From the NCBI GenBank assembly GCA_964016885.1, contig OZ024740.1, positions 426,126,001-426,190,000 of the forward strand: 64,000 nt of DNA, read 5' to 3'. Both the position numbers and the translations under genes were made by a program. The notes beneath the pieces are model-generated. The model worked only from the letters and a program-made list of their open reading frames with translations, did no database searches and was not told the DNA's origin. This DNA comes from Eledone cirrhosa. Lineage: Eukaryota. Of this stretch, positions 15,625 to 33,336 are shown piece after piece; within the stretch, counting starts at the first letter, position 1, and each line of letters begins with the position of its first letter.

Positions 15625-15767
15625 GCGCCAGAATGTATTATTTAATGTAACAGCAGCAAGAAAACTAGCGCGATCAAGCTCAAACTTCGATCACCTGACC
15701 ACAATAGTACGCATGAGTAGAAGGCACAGTGATAAGCCTAAAGATATGTTATATATATATATATATA

Positions 15768-16559
<792 letters not shown>

Positions 16560-16779
16560 GAGATATATATATATATATGAAAACAGGGAGGAAGAGACGA
16601 TTATGAGCAAGAAAAATTTTTTTTTTTCCTTTTTTTTGTGTCTCTCTCTCTCTTTTTTCTGGGTTAGAAAATGATTAAAACGAAATGTTTTACTTTGTGT
16701 GAAGTGTTGATTTATTTCTTATTTAACAATGGCATTTATTTATATATTTATATATTTAATTATTGTCTATCATTATTTT

Positions 16780-16892
16780 CAAATCCTGCCGAGGTTTACT
16801 TTGCCTTTCATCCTTACGGGGTCGATAAAATAAAGTACCAGTAATGCACTTGGTAATTTGCTGGCCTTGTGCCTAAAGTAGAAACAATTATT
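16780..16892 (+). mobile_element. 5'-truncated SINE family A
   Basis: Core and tail match. Confidence 0.8.
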
Positions 16893-17260
16893 ATCATCAT
16901 AAAATATTAAACTAAATATATATTTATTCTAAGGCACTAATGTATCACAAACATTTCAGATAAACTGAAGTTTTCGTTTTTAAATATGGTGAAAAGCTGG
17001 ACAGGAAGAAAGGGAATAGCATACATATTTTAACTTTGTTTTGTTTGTCCACATGAATTCTTGGTAATTATTTGATCATTTCAACATTATATATATATAG
17101 AGATATATATACCCACCCGATTTGTTATGCCTTCGTTACGTTTATTGATTGGTAACGCTCGTTTCGCTATTGATCAGCTCAAGGTTTGGTCTGTATACAT
17201 GTATATATGTATATATGATTTCTCCCGATTGAAACAGTTCTAGTCCTGTAGAAGCCATTA

Positions 17261-17330
<70 letters not shown>

Positions 17331-17375
17331 ATATATATATATATATATATAATTATGTATAGATATAGATATATA

Positions 17376-17427
<52 letters not shown>

Positions 17428-17431
<4 letters not shown>

Positions 17432-18189
17432 TCATCATCATCATCAGGTCGAGCTTGCTCGGATTTCTACGACACGTTTCCTCCATCCATCTCTGTCTCT
17501 CATAGCGTTTGCCAGTTCTTCCGCAGTGCATCCAGTATCGTCCTCAAGTTGCTTGACGTATGTCTTCTTGGGACGACCAGCGTTTCTTGCTCCATGAGAT
17601 GGACTCCATTCCAACACATCACCTGCTATTTCTTCCTTGCTGCGCCAATAGTGGCCAGCAAATCTGAGTCTCTGTCCACGTATTGACCTGCTGATAGGTG
17701 GTATATTGCCATAGAGATCCTTATTTGTTGGGTGTTCCCTCCAAGACACGTTTAAAGCAGCACGGAGCACACGTGTGTATGCCCCGTCTAGCTTTTTCTT
17801 CAGTGTCGACGTTAGCGTCCAAGTGATAGAGCCATAAACAAGCACAGATTCCACAGCAGCTCTGAAATAATTCCTTTTCAGTTTGGCCAGCAGGTTTGAT
17901 TTCCATATCTTTTCCATGCGGATGATTTAGCGGTCCTCGCTGACTACCTTAAGGATGCAACATCACTACTTCACAGCATCGAATCAGTTGCAAATGAAAT
18001 CGGACTCTATGTCAACGCCGGCAAAAACAGTATATATTTGCCTGAACCAAGACTCCTCAGCTGGTATGCAAAGTCTAAACGGCGATATAATCAAGCAAGT
18101 TGACGACTTCAAATACCTGGGTAGCTATATCGCCTCCACAGAACATGTTGTTAACATCAGACTGGGAAAAGCCTGGGGTGCATTGAATG

Positions 18190-18192
<3 letters not shown>
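17428..18192 (-). mobile_element. RTE-clade LINE 3' end with 5' inversion and (TGA)n tail
   Basis: 17444-17917(-) encodes the RTE C-terminus (VESVLVYGSITWTL..RLRFAGH..GRPKKTY); 17916-18192(+) encodes the upstream RT (ADD..FKYLGS..KAWGALN). Confidence 0.9.
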
Positions 18193-18242
<50 letters not shown>

Positions 18243-18407
18243 TATGTATGTATATATAAATTATAAGTTTGAAGAACAGTCAAATAAAATTTACCCAGTT
18301 TTTCCTCTTTGTCCGTAGAAATTAACTACATAAATAATCATTTAAACGGAGCTGAGTTTAAAATGTAACTTTGAAGAAATAACAGATAAATGATATCAAT
18401 ATATTCC

Positions 18408-18456
<49 letters not shown>

Positions 18457-18733
18457 ATATATGTATATATAAATATATATGACGGTGAACACTGTAGATA
18501 CTCAAACTATTCCCCTATTACAAAACCAACAAAGGCGACGGCCTACTACCAACGCCTTCCAACCAACATCTTCGTGTACATAAACATGGAAGAGGTAGAA
18601 AGAGTGCACCCGAGCATAAAGTGAAAGGGGCACCGAACGGGCGACTGCGCATTAACACACATAAGAGCGGTCACTTAGATGGAACCACCCGTAGCAAAAG
18701 TACAAGGACACGTAATCGCCACCGTAACGTCCT

Positions 18734-19645
18734 ATGGTTCCACCCCCCTACTCTCGGAGTGTGGCCTCCAACATACCCCGGATGTTCTTCGAAGCCTTAG
18801 AGAAGAACTTCCCGCCCAACCATAGGTATAGAAAAATTCTTAATAGGAACAATATAAAAATATCCTTCTCTACTACTCCTAACCTAGCAGACATCATAGG
18901 AACAACGAACCACAGTAAGATCACCAAGACACAGCACCTCGACACAGACGCACCTACACCTGACAATAACTATATCGGCCTTAACAACTCCCTGGCAGCA
19001 TCCAATAGTGTTGGCAACGGCATCCGCAGACGCAACCAGAATAACCGCGAAATAACTGGGGAACATGCAGAACATGACGTGCGGAATAACAATCGCACCA
19101 CCCCGCGTGCTGTGGGTTGTAATTGTGCTAACGACAGCTGCGGTAGCGTAGGTAACAACGTAGGCAGCAACAATGATAGCCTTACCGTGGGAAATAGACG
19201 GAACCGCGACAGAAATTGCAACTGCCGCGACAGAGGACGCTGCCCCCTTAGAGGATATTGCTTGACTGATAGGGTTATATATAGATGCACTATTACTAGC
19301 CACAATAGCGTTAAACATTATATAGGGGCCACCTCCGGCCCGTTCAAAATTAGGTTTCGAACACATCTCCACTCTTTCACAAATAGAAAACTAAGGCACT
19401 CCACTTCGCTCGCGGACTACATCACATCACTAAAGGACTTAAACATCAGTTTCTCCACGCACTGGGAGATTGTCGGCAGAGCTGCACCGTACAACTTCAA
19501 GAGGAAATGCGATCTTTGCCTCATGGAGCTCTACCACATCATAACTGCACCCCACGAGCTCATCAACAGCAGAGCTGAAACAGTGATAAGTTGTACACAT
19601 CGCTTAAAAATATCCTTCTTCAGATGTGTTAAGGATGAAGAGTGA
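18734..19645 (+). pseudogene. PLE linker and GIY-YIG endonuclease (partial)
   Basis: PPYS..NI..FP..HRYRKILNRNNIKISFSTTPN; CNC..CPL..C; VIY..YIG; CDLC; CTH. Confidence 0.88.
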
Positions 19646-19940
19646 AATAGTACACTGGATCTCCCTGCAACAAGTCTTAACACCCCGGCGGGCAGGCGCT
19701 GCAAAATAACACCCAGGAAACAATCCTTGCATACCAGACCCAGCCTCAGACAAACGGATGCGGCAAAAAAAAAAAAAAAAAAATGTGTCCGGGAAAGACT
19801 GACCTAACACCGGCCAGAGTTACCTCCCTTGATCTGCTGCAAAATCAAAACAAGATATTTTTGCGACCAATGAACCTTGATGTGGATTTAACCCCAAAAA
19901 CTCTTTCCGAGCAATATAAGGAACACTTGTGTTTATTTAT

Positions 19941-19978
19941 GCCCTTGAGAAGCCCAACTCGGCGAAACGTAAGTAGGT
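19941..19978 (+). ncRNA. Minimal HHR, U3-A8 variant
   Basis: CCC-TTGAGAA-GCC CAACTC GGC-GAA-AC GTAA GT-A-GG; short stem I. Confidence 0.6.
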
Positions 19979-20196
19979 GATATTTTAAATAAACATGTTT
20001 TAAAGGTCTATTCTCCGATTTTGTACTTTCCCGCGTGCTTACGCTCTGCTAACTCTCTAGCCCACTAAATATTAACACTTCGAATATTTAATACTGCCGG
20101 CACTAGTATCGAGCACCTTTGGCATACGCTACTTGGCAAATAACTATATGTATCACCTATCCCCCCTTTTTTTCTCTTTCTCGATACGTAAATACT

Positions 20197-20240
<44 letters not shown>

Positions 20241-20242
20241 TT

Positions 20243-23788
<3,546 letters not shown>

Positions 23789-24194
23789 TATATATATATA
23801 TACATATATATATATACATATATATATATACATATATATATACATATATATATATACATATATATATTCATATATATACCTGCGTTAATTCTTTCCTCTC
23901 TCACTTATTTCGTGGCTCATTTGGTTTGTTGGACTTAGGCCCACAAGATTCATTGACTTGTCTCTCTCCTTTCCTCTCTTTACGTTGCGTTACTACCATG
24001 TTGTTTCTTCACTTTCCTCTGTCCTCATAACTTAATTTATTTATCGCTGGCACTTATTTTAGGTATCTAGTCTTTAATGCGAAGAAATATCAATGAGAAT
24101 CAGCAGACTACTGATGACGGACTTTTCCTGTTTCTCGGTCTATTTTTATTCATATGTTCATATTCGCAACAACGGAGCACGCCGTTTTTCATTC

Positions 24195-24230
<36 letters not shown>

Positions 24231-24232
<2 letters not shown>

Positions 24233-27054
24233 TTTCTGAATTTGTTTAGCAAGATTCTTTATCTGAAAACGATATTGTTATACTTTGGGAGGGTCATGTT
24301 GCCAATAAGAAACACACGGACCAGTTTCTTTCACTTCAATTTAATATAATAAATTTATAAATTTAGGAATTTATAAATTTCTGGTTGGTTGGTTGGTTGG
24401 TTCCACAACCAGATGATTGTTTATATATTGTCAAAGATCTTTCGTCACACATTCTGTGACCTCTTCAGTGTCTGGGGATTCTTTTCTTTGTTTGTCCGCC
24501 TCTCCTTTGTTCTGTCCTACGCCATCTTGTTTTAGTGTGTGTGTTGTGTGCTTAGTTTGCGCATGTGTTACATCCCGGTGTCTGTGTGTTTATATTCGTT
24601 TATGTATTTGTTTATTTACATGTTACTGGTTGGTTGTTTGTTCTATGTGCGTGTGTTTTCATTTTGTCCTTAATTGTAAGTTGTGATGTTGCTGTTCCAC
24701 TCATGTTTTCTAATTAATTTTGGTTCGAGTTCATTTATGTTTATTGCCTCTGTGATTTGTCTAAACATTGCATCTTTTCTGTGTGTAGAATCTATTTTTA
24801 TTTCTATGTTCTCTAATTTACCCTTATGTTCTATTTTAGCATGTTGGTAGAGTACAGATGATTCTTTACTATCTTGAATGTCTCGCCAGTGTTCATTTAT
24901 CCGTTCCCCTATACTACGAGCTGTCTCACCTATGTACACTATATTTTTATCTCTACGTTGTCCTTCAGTACATCTTATGCTATATACTACATTTTTAGTT
25001 TTACAGTTAATATGGGGGCTTAATTTACAGATTATACATTTCTTATCTATACAGGGTATGTATTGCTAATAAGTGTTTTTATGGAGGTACCTGGTCTTTC
25101 TATTATCTTAATATCGAGTTTATGTTTATCTAGGGCCCTTCTAAATTTGTAAGCTAATTCACCTCTAGGGGTTGTATCGATGAACATTACACTCTGGTAT
25201 TTATTGCTATCATACCATGAGTTTATTCTATTAGCATTATTCCTAGTTCTTTCTATTCTATTCCAAAATGTGCTCCTATACAAGGGGCAGATCCCATTTG
25301 TGTCGTTATTTACCATTTTTTCCCATTTGGTTCTGGCTCCTCTATATACTCTGATTTTATTTCTCTGATTGTAACCAGAGAACTGCATACGCTGGATGAA
25401 GTGTTGTATGTGTCTCTCTAGTTCTTCGGGGTTGCACATGCGGGACACGTTTCTCATCACCTGTACCAAATCCGCAATCAGTATGTTGATTTTGGTATGG
25501 TCCGAAACAGCTGAGTTTCGGTGGATCAGGTATTTGGAAGTCATGGGTTTGGCATAATGGAAATGGAGGATTTGTTTTTTGTTATTGATGGTATCTAACC
25601 AGAGCTCTGTGTCTAGTACAGGTAATCGATGGTTGGGGTGTTTGCTTGGGTAGTCTATAGTAACTCTAATACTCTGGTGGATGGAGTTAGCTATTTGCTG
25701 GATGCTTTCCATTGTGTTTTTCTCTAACTCCTGACTGTTCTCTAGTGGGGGTGTTTTAACTACGATGTTTATATCATCAACGTATCGGGAGTACATTATC
25801 AGGGTTAAGGGGTCTTCTAATTGTTCTTTAAGTTTAAGTTTAAGTCTACTGTCCCACCATACCATGAATAGGTTAGCTATGTCGCCTGCAATGCTAACAC
25901 CAATGGCTGCTCCCTCCTCTTGGGCATATGTTTTTCCATTAAATTTGAACATATGTTCCTTAAGGGTTAATTTTATGCTGGCCCCCACTGCATGTGCAAT
26001 CACTTTCTTTAGTTCCTCGTGGTTTTCGGGGGTCCGTATGGCTCTGGTCCACCCGTTCCATCTATCTGTGTGGGTTTTCTTGGCCATTGAGGTAATGGTA
26101 GGTGGTGTGCCTCTTGCTGGTCTTGTAGGGCACAGCTTGCTAAGGTCATATGTGTCTAGGTAATTTTTACTATAGGTAAGTTTAAGTAGGAGTCCCAGCT
26201 CACTGGTATCAATCCCACGGAATTCAACATTGCTCTCACTGATCATTTCTACGCATTCCTCCACAGCAAAATCCACGTCAATAGATGGATATAGGGACAC
26301 AACATCCATACTACCTATTATGCAGTTTGTTAGGTCCCTAGATCGGTTACTCTCGCCGATTCTGCTGAGGAGGTCCTCACATACATCTGGGGACATTTCA
26401 ATGATGGGGCGTATGATCAGGGAGAGGAAATCTGAAAGTCTTTAGTTACTAGCAATGTTAGCTCCACAGACTGGCCGTGTTGGTGGTCCTGTGACAGGGT
26501 CATTGCTCGTTTTATGGCTTTTCGAAGCCCATAAAATGCTGGCACGTCATTGTTCCAAGCCTGGAAGTTGTTGGCAGTCCTTTTGTTGGGCTGCATTATA
26601 TGGGCATTGAGGGCTTTTTCCCTATCCTCATGCTCTTGTGGTGTTACTTCTCTTGTGTTAGTGATGTGGGGTTGCATTGCCTGGATGTAGTTTGGCAGAC
26701 TGTCAACCGACATTCTGCCAGACTTTTCTGTTGGAAAGCATGCTATCTCTCCATTACGCGAGCGCTGCATGAGCTTACGCAAGACATTTGCACAACACAC
26801 ACACAAAAACAAGATGGCGTAGGACAGAACAAAGGAGAGGCACAAAAACAAAGACAAGAATCCCTAGTCACTGAAGAGGTCACATAATGTGTGACGAAAG
26901 AACTTTGACAATATATAAACAATCATCTGGTTGTGGAAGCAACCAACCAACCAGAAATTTATAAATTCCTAAATTTATAAATTTATTATAATAAATTGAA
27001 GTGACACAACTGGTGCGTGTGTTTCTTATTGGCAACATGACCCTCACAATGTAT

Positions 27055-27059
<5 letters not shown>
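24231..27059 (-). mobile_element. PLE with RT and GIY-YIG, 3' pLTR and inverted 5' pLTR (26788-27059)
   Basis: HHRs at 24430-24472(-) and 26867-26909(+); frameshifted ORF; (TA)n flanks. Confidence 0.92.
24670..26787 (-). pseudogene. PLE reverse transcriptase / GIY-YIG polyprotein (frameshifted, 5'-truncated)
   Basis: GSMDVVSLYPSI, GAAIG..IANLFM, RYVDD, LPVLD, YAKP; YIGETARSIGERINEH. Confidence 0.92.
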
Positions 27060-27131
<72 letters not shown>

Positions 27132-28058
27132 AGAGTTGCCCCCCTTGTTATCGAGTATGACCATTGCAAGATATACCATTATTAATAATTATTAATTAAT
27201 TCTATCGTGCAATGCCTTTGCGTGAAGATATTTTTTAAAGTGAGGAAAGACTGTGCACTGAGCCAATCCCACTCTCTGAGCGATAGTAGCTATAACAGAC
27301 ATCCCAAAATGTGTAAATATGTAGATACATATGGGTGTCTATGTATATGTGTATGTGCATGTGTGTATGTGTATGTATATGCGCGGGGACATAGAAATAG
27401 TCGGGCTGGATACCCGATCGCGTTCGGATATATAAATGTGAGAACGAGTACTGAATACATGAAAGAGCATATATCCGTTCGAAGTTGATATTCGCTCCAT
27501 CACTACACACCAGATTTCCTCGGTAGGTACGATCTTTCAGGCGACAAAAGGATATATAGATTTGTAGAAGTCTCAAAGTGTACTGACCGTGATGTAACTT
27601 GAACGGTTCAGGTCACATCATGAATAATGAAGTAAATTTAGAAAAAAAAAAAATGTAAAAATTGTATATAAAAAAAGAATATCGAAGACGAAATTACACA
27701 TGAATTACTCTAGTGGTCACAATACAAACTTACTGTACGGTTCATTTCACCCAGCAGGCCCACATTATTTCACGCATGACATGTTCTGACTATAGTTCGA
27801 TTATATTACTTGAACACCAGAAATACAACACCAACACTCAAAGCTTTACAAAACAGATTAGCTGCCAAATGCTGCTTATTATTATTTTTTGAAATATATT
27901 TATCATAATAGGAGTAATATAAATATAATAATCTCTTTGTTTTATTTGCCATAAGGGCGACGAATAGGGACATTAGTACAACTGTAGAATATATATTTTA
28001 GATGGAATGAAAAATAAAGGGAGAAAAACACGATGGAAACGAGATGAAAGGATGATAT

Positions 28059-28228
<170 letters not shown>

Positions 28229-28292
28229 CCATACTTAGTTGCGTTTCACTAATTTCTACCCGCCGAAATGCGATTCTCGCTAAATTTATATT

Positions 28293-28335
<43 letters not shown>

Positions 28336-28359
28336 CCACACCCACACACACACACACAC

Positions 28360-28488
<129 letters not shown>

Positions 28489-28673
28489 CGTTTATGTAAA
28501 ATGATTAATACTAACTATCAACAAAAAATTCTATAATGTTTATTATTATATTTTTGCTGTTGTCGCCATTCCTGTTCTTGTTGACGTCATCTTATATCAT
28601 TCTATGTTCTCTTGTAACTTAATAAGGCAGGCATTCTTTGAAATACATTTGGGTAGTCGTTATCATATATAAG

Positions 28674-28772
<99 letters not shown>

Positions 28773-28781
28773 ATATATATA

Positions 28782-28847
<66 letters not shown>

Positions 28848-28951
28848 TATATATATATATATATATATATGGAGAGAAAGTTATCTATATCTATATCTAT
28901 ATGTATATGTATATGTATATGTATATATATAAATATAAATATATATATATA

Positions 28952-29035
<84 letters not shown>

Positions 29036-30029
29036 GTGTGTGTACGTGTATGTCTTTGCGTCAAAGAATGTACCGCTCTTTTACCACCAATAATCAGACG
29101 AGATCTAAGTCGGTTTCAGTTCTGTAAACTCTCCTGAATTCACTAGAACAAAGTACATATAGTCTGTGGCAAGACCGAATGCCTTATTATTCATTAGAAT
29201 GGCTGGCTTGAAACTCCCCATTCTAGCCAAGGATTTACGTACAGATGAACTAACTCATGCTCAATGAAGTGATTCACCTCTCTTGCGGGAATTGTTGTAC
29301 ATCTGAATATACTCACTCACATAAACGTAACCCCTACTCATTAAAGCAGATACAATTATATTCATTAATATGTATATATATATACATATTGTATATAAGT
29401 ATAAATATATATATAAGTTAAAACAAAAAACAAAACCAATAACGAAGAGTGCAGAACAAAGTATTAGGTTCACGCTTGAGAGGGAGGGATTTAGGGAGAA
29501 GCCCTTCATCAGAAGAAAAGTGGGAAGTAAAAAATTCCGAGGGTGAGAGGGGCAGTGGGGGGGGGGGGGGGTAATTTTAAGGGAAGGAAAAAAACACTAA
29601 AATGAAACAAGTAGCGAAAGGGTGTGAGGCGTATATATTGGTACATACAAAAGAACTATATGAGTCAGATGTCCTCTCATTTTCATCCTTCATGAGGATC
29701 ACTGGCTTGATTACCGTCAATCTGTATCGGTAAAGCGCCGGACACTCTGCAGCATAAAGTTACGGCCTTTATTGTTCTCCGTTCAAATCTTGCAAAGGTT
29801 AGCTTCGCCTTTGATCCTTATATGGTCGATAAAATAAAGTATCAATAATGCACTGTGTGTGTGTGACAGCTCACACCTATGTGTGTTTGTGTGTGACAGC
29901 TCACACCTATGTGTGTGTGACAGCTCACACTTATGCAGGTTTAACTGGCCCCTCCAAGGTATATCTCGTTGGAGATGTCTTGGGTGATTTAATGATAGTG
30001 ACCCCAGTCCTATCATCTCATTTCTACAG

Positions 30030-30160
30030 CTGAGTAAACTGGAGCAACGTGAAATAAAGTGTCTTGCTCAAGGAAACATCAAATCACCCGGTCCGAGAAT
30101 TGAACTCACAACCTTTCGATTGCAAGCCCAATGCTCTAACCACTAAGCCACGTGCCTTCT
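30030..30160 (-). mobile_element. SINE family B fragment
   Basis: A/B boxes, TTGAGCAAGACACTTTATTTCACGTTGCTCC. Confidence 0.7.
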
Positions 30161-30479
30161 CTGTTGGCCTTGTGCCTAAATCTGAAGCCATTAGTAACAC
30201 CATCATTATTTCATTCGAACCGCAGTATAGATGGAAAATACACCGGAGTATTTAGTTATTTGTCAAATGACACCAAGAAGCTCAGTCAGATCATACTTTC
30301 TTTAAATTGTGAGTAGTGCATAGCTAGACTGATACTTGTATGTGACCAATCTTGCATGGTATTCCTCTTTACTCTCTCGCATTCTAAACAGTCATCTCCA
30401 CTTTTAATTGGGACTACTTGCTGATATTTTCAACCTATTAACTTGGAATATTCATGTATTTAGGAATAGCTACCATTAT

Positions 30480-30640
30480 GTCGGACGCCATGCCTTCCAG
30501 CATAGTTACGTCCCTTTACGATCTGAGTTCAAATCCCGCCGAGGTTAACTTTGCCTTTCATCCTTACGGGGTCGATAAAATAAAGTACCAGTAATGCACT
30601 GGGTAATTGCTGGCCTTGTGCCTAAAGGAGAAACAATTAT
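30480..30640 (+). mobile_element. SINE family A
   Basis: Match to other copies. Confidence 0.87.
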
Positions 30641-30842
30641 GAGCTAACAGTATCTGTCTCTTGTTCAATATGACAATTATCGGTGATTCTCAATTACTAT
30701 ATCAGTCTAGAAATCATAATCCCAGAATATCATTGCTTTTCCACCCACCTGCAATACCTTACAAGGTACATGCTCATACCAATTTTCTATTACCTTAGAT
30801 TGGTACCCACGACATATGAACCAAATGAAGGTAGAAACGGAG

Positions 30843-31020
30843 AGTATCGGTAGAGGGTCGGAAGCCATGCTTTCCAGCATAGTTACGTCCCTTTACGGTC
30901 TGAGTTCAAATCCCGTCGAGGTTAACTTTGCCTTTCATCCTAACGAAGTCGATAAAATAAGGTACCAGTAATACACTGGACAATTGCTGGCCTTGTACCA
31001 AAAGTAGAAACAATTATTAT
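30843..31020 (+). mobile_element. SINE family A abutting the R4-like LINE fragment
   Basis: Match to other copies. Confidence 0.87.
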
Positions 31021-31445
31021 AGCGACGCTTGTATTTGTTTGCACAAGGCTCTCACATCCAGTTACCAAGTAGGTTACATTTTCTATACTCCTTTCTAAGA
31101 GTCTGCATTTCTGGGTCTCAGATATGTTATAGATATTATACTTTACCAAATTGGTAGCATGACCTTGGTCCTCTGCTGCAATTATAAGGCTTTCAGTGGT
31201 ACACCTTAAATTACCTTGCTTAAGCCATGTCCACGAGGATGTCTTATCCTTGATAACCTTTGTATATATTTCAAACTGCCGAAGCATTCTAATTTCCAGG
31301 AGGTTTTCTTTTTTCTTCTCTTCACTTCTTTGGTTAAACTCTTCCTTACCAGTCATTTCATCTGCATTTATAGCCATATCTTGTGCTACATATTGCAACA
31401 ACTCTTCAATCAAAACTAAACGCTCAATAGTAAACATAGCCACAC
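31021..31445 (-). mobile_element. Degenerate R4/Dong-clade LINE fragment (post-RT zinc-knuckle region)
   Basis: WTWLKQGNL..TESLIIAAEDQG..T....KCRL....ENV.YLVTGC..L. Confidence 0.75.
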
Positions 31446-31704
31446 GCGTAAATTAACAAACAGCACATGTGTACATGTTATCACAATAAAAATTAGTACG
31501 GCATTACTATTCCCAGCACGCAATACATAACCGAATTATGTCTCACGCAAATAAACAAAGCAACGTCCTACTAAGACATAGCAGCTAACATCACAATCTC
31601 CATAGAAACAGAGAAACAAACATAAACGGAATACACAAAGACTAAGACATTCAGAATGGCAAACTCCTACAAACCAAACTTTTCAGATATTGCACTTAAT
31701 AATG

Positions 31705-31900
31705 CTTTCTGATTTAGGCACACGGCCAACAATTTTGGGGAGGGAAAGTCGATTAAATCAACCCAAGTGCATTACGGGTACTTTTTTTATCGACCCCGTA
31801 AAGATGAAAGATAAAGCTAACCTCGGCGGGATTCGAACTCAAAACGTAAAGATACGTTATTGTGTACCACAAGGCATATTGTCCGATGCTCTACCAGGTA
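31705..31900 (-). mobile_element. Diverged SINE family A relative
   Basis: ATCGACCCCGTAAAGATGAAAG..AACCTCGGCGGGATTCGAACTC. Confidence 0.75.
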
Positions 31901-32474
31901 CTGCTTATCCACCACCCTGATATTGACCTTAATAATAACACAAGGAACAAAGACTCCATTAATCACACAAATAGTTAAGTTATCCAATAATCAACCAGTT
32001 ATACGGAAACATACAAAAAGGCGCACTTATACACACACGTAACCATTATACTAAACACACACATACATATACAATCATATTTATATACACTAAAACCTCT
32101 ACACTAACGAGTCGATATCTAAGTACACACTTCAAAATCTTCCAAAAAACATAGAAGCAGACACATAAAAATAATTAAACCTAGAAATAAGCAAAGATTC
32201 ATAATAAACACCCAAACATGCCGAGACTTACAAAACACAAGCAAACATTTACAGAGACAAACAGAAGTAAAACACAGGAACACACAGCACAGCTACAGAT
32301 ATACATTGTATCATAGCAAACACCAACCCAAACACAAACACACACATCATCTCACATAATAAACAATCTTAACTATAACTCATAAAACACTGACATTGAA
32401 AACTATCCGAGAAATAACTAATCTCGCCACTATACTTAAATTCTTTTATAATCATGTCCTAAAATAATCTGGGT

Positions 32475-32930
32475 ACAAAGGCTAGACGGTATGACCATCT
32501 TCCCGTTCAGCGGTAGCAAACCCCTCGTTTGGGATGCCACTTGCAGCGACACTTTCTCCAGCCGCAACCTGGTGCAGTCTGCGACTAACCCAGGTACTGC
32601 TGCACGTCGGGCTGAGAAGGCCAAACTCTCCAAGTACCGGTCGCTCTCCGACAGGTTCCCGGCCGTGCCCTTGGCAGTGGAGACTTCTGGTGTCCTTGAC
32701 CCTAGGGCTACATCCCTATTTACCTCCATAAGCGCTGAGCTGGCCAGCCGCAGGGGTTAGCCTCGCGAGTTGGTATGGCTCTTCCAGCGCATCTCCCTTA
32801 CAACCCTCCGGGGAAACGCCTTCTCCGCCCTGTCCGCCGGGGCTGTGGGGAGGCCAGCACGTGGGACCCATTTACTCACCATACGGATTAATAGGCAAAG
32901 TTATAAACTATTGTAAATAAATAATTATTG
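32475..32930 (+). mobile_element. CRE-clade non-LTR retrotransposon 3' end (restriction-like endonuclease)
   Basis: RLDGMTIFPF..KPLVWDATCSDT..AEKAKLSKY..PLAVETSG; after an in-frame stop WLFQRISL..LRGNA. Confidence 0.82.
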
Positions 32931-33164
32931 TTACTGATCTGGGTACAATCTCATCCAAAACAAACATATTCTGGGTTTTTTTAAATATATTTTGTTCGTA
33001 GGTTTTTTCATCTACCTTTTTCTCTGGTAACAAGGTACCCGAGTTGAGGCCAAAAAGAAGTATATTTCGTGCAGTCAACAGAATATAATTTTCAGTCGAA
33101 CTATGGAGACGGTCTAAGTTTGACCATCATCCTTACTACATATGGGTTTATATATATTTACGGA

Positions 33165-33295
33165 TCTAGCTGTCAAAACGGCCGCAGCTCAGACGTCGGG
33201 GTCCTGACCCTTTTCATATTACCCACTCTACTACCCCAAGTATCGAATACTCTGGTGGGCTATGGTCCACCTGGTATCTTACCACACCCTCTTTG

Positions 33296-33297
<2 letters not shown>
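33165..33297 (+). mobile_element. Diverged Naiad pLTR 3' tip
   Basis: Similar to 37800-37930; ends at (TA)n. Confidence 0.75.

Positions 33298-33336
<39 letters not shown>

Larger units (their letters stand above)
18481..20197 (+). mobile_element. 5'-truncated Naiad-type PLE
   Basis: GIY-YIG ORF, 3' UTR with HHR at 19941-19978, (TA)n flanks. Confidence 0.88.

Noticed and set aside
17135-17195. HHR-like GCT..AGC-GAAAC..GTT on the minus strand
   Set aside because: Core incomplete and stem I does not pair
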